Source: Octopus vulgaris (taxonomy: Eukaryota). From it: 64,000 bases of DNA. The position numbers were made by a program, and so were the translations under genes. Position 1 is the first letter of the stretch, and the number at the start of each line of letters is the position of its first letter. Below are positions 63,074 through 64,000 of this stretch, one piece after another. The stretch is from NCBI GenBank assembly GCA_951406725.2, contig OX597824.1:96224001-96288000 (forward strand), given 5' to 3'. The notes beneath the pieces were generated by a model, which was not told the origin of the DNA, made no database searches, and worked only from the letters and a program-made list of their open reading frames with translations.

Positions 63074-63125
63074 CAATATCTTGCTCAACTTCAGCATCGC
63101 CTCTGCCAATAGTTGTCTTTCCAGC
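63074..63125 (-). CDS. KIF16B: KIF16B exon, FHA start
   Basis: tag|...|gtgaat; 52 nt, phase 0-1; AGKTTIGRGDAEVEQDI with the FHA GR motif. Confidence 0.93.
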
Positions 63126-63337
63126 CTACAGGAACGAAAGAAGCAGGTTTCTTTTTACTTTTCTTCATACAACAATACATTATAAACCATCAGATCAAAC
63201 TAAATTTCTTTGGAAAATGGAGAAAAAAATTTATGTTGATTGATGTATAAATTAATGAGTTTATGAAATGGTTTAGGGAATTTACGGTCAGCAGTTTAAC
63301 AACTTAAGAATTAAATTATAAAAAGATGAAAAGTTAC

Positions 63338-63460
63338 CTTAAGATGATAAAGCATGATACCAGTGCTTAGGATGTCATCGTCAATACCAATAAGATGTGG
63401 AAGTTCGGAATCAAGAACAACACCAAGACCTTCCTTTCTCAGAGCAAGGGTCGTTTGTTC
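63338..63460 (-). CDS. KIF16B: KIF16B exon, pre-FHA segment
   Basis: tag|...|gtaact; 123 nt, phase 0-0; EQTTLALRKEGLGVVLDSELPHLIGIDDDILSTGIMLYHLK. Confidence 0.95.
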
Positions 63461-63489
63461 CTATCAAGCAATATAAAGAACATAAAATT

Positions 63490-63971
63490 ATAATAATAAT
63501 AATAAAAATAAAAATAATAAAATTATTGTCGGTGCACCACAACTTGTCAAAAGTGCGTATAAAGCATATGCAGTAATGTAGAAATGTCTGGGAAGTGAAC
63601 AGTGTATGAGTCAGATAGATGCTTGCGTGTGTATGGAGGGGAGATAATCAGGTGTAGTGTTGGCGAATCTCAGGAAGCATGGAAGTTTTGAAGGATGCAG
63701 TGCTCCGACAACTAACAACTGATGCCGGCAGCTTGTGCCATGCTTCAGCAACTCTTAGCGTGAAAAAATGTTTCCTATAGTCATGGGAGCTGCGCTGTTT
63801 TCTGACTTTGTAAACATGTCCACGGGTGTTAGACAGATGGAGTTTGAAAAGGTGCTCAGAGTTATTGTTTGTAAGATGGTTAATAATTTTATGGGTGTCT
63901 GCCAAGTCAGCTGCCGGACGTCGGGATTTCAATGTATCCATACCTAGGGAAGTAAGACGTTCAGAATATGG
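63490..63971 (-). mobile_element. CR1/L2-group LINE 3' fragment
   Basis: ORF 63648..63941 TRGHVYKVRK..FFTLRVAEAWHKLP plus the shared 3' UTR. Confidence 0.88.
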
Positions 63972-64000
63972 GTGTGTGTGTGTGTGTATATATATGTGTG

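Larger units (their letters stand above)
5371..63460 (-). other. KIF16B: Kinesin-3 KIF16B-like gene, 3' portion (FHA, coiled coil, PX); motor domain lies outside the window
   Basis: 21 manually read GT-AG exons (3018 nt including stop) join in consistent phase. Peptides closely resemble KIF16B as I recall it: LALRKEGLGVVLDSELPHLIGIDDD, GAVILLGKTNMFRFNHP, RINSLVEQEVRRRL, DETWSVFRRYSRFR, FPPKKLF, LSKQTLCDFDPFYKKGLF. Confidence 0.95.

Overview
Eukaryotic, AT-rich, repeat-dense animal DNA. The SINE families and microsatellite load suggest a coleoid cephalopod, probably Octopus (inference). The window is almost entirely spanned by the 3' portion of one minus-strand gene, a kinesin-3 KIF16B (Klp98A/SNX23) orthologue. 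I read 21 GT-AG exons from 63460 down to the TGA at 5371. They splice in consistent phase into about 1005 aa (pre-FHA segment, FHA domain, long coiled coil, C-terminal PX domain), plus a possible 48-nt cassette exon. The motor domain lies beyond the right edge. Introns hold at least five SINE-like families, CR1/L2- and RTE-type LINE fragments, decayed Tc1/mariner transposases (one DD37D/maT type), MITEs, Helitron-like elements and microsatellites. Most ORFs in the supplied track are repeat artefacts. I found no clearly novel multi-gene system. The best leads are inverted repeats around frame-preserving exons, a SINE-derived minisatellite, hairpin arrays inside a SINE family, a probable collapsed heterozygous insertion, and repeat-free motif-rich islands in the large PX-domain introns.
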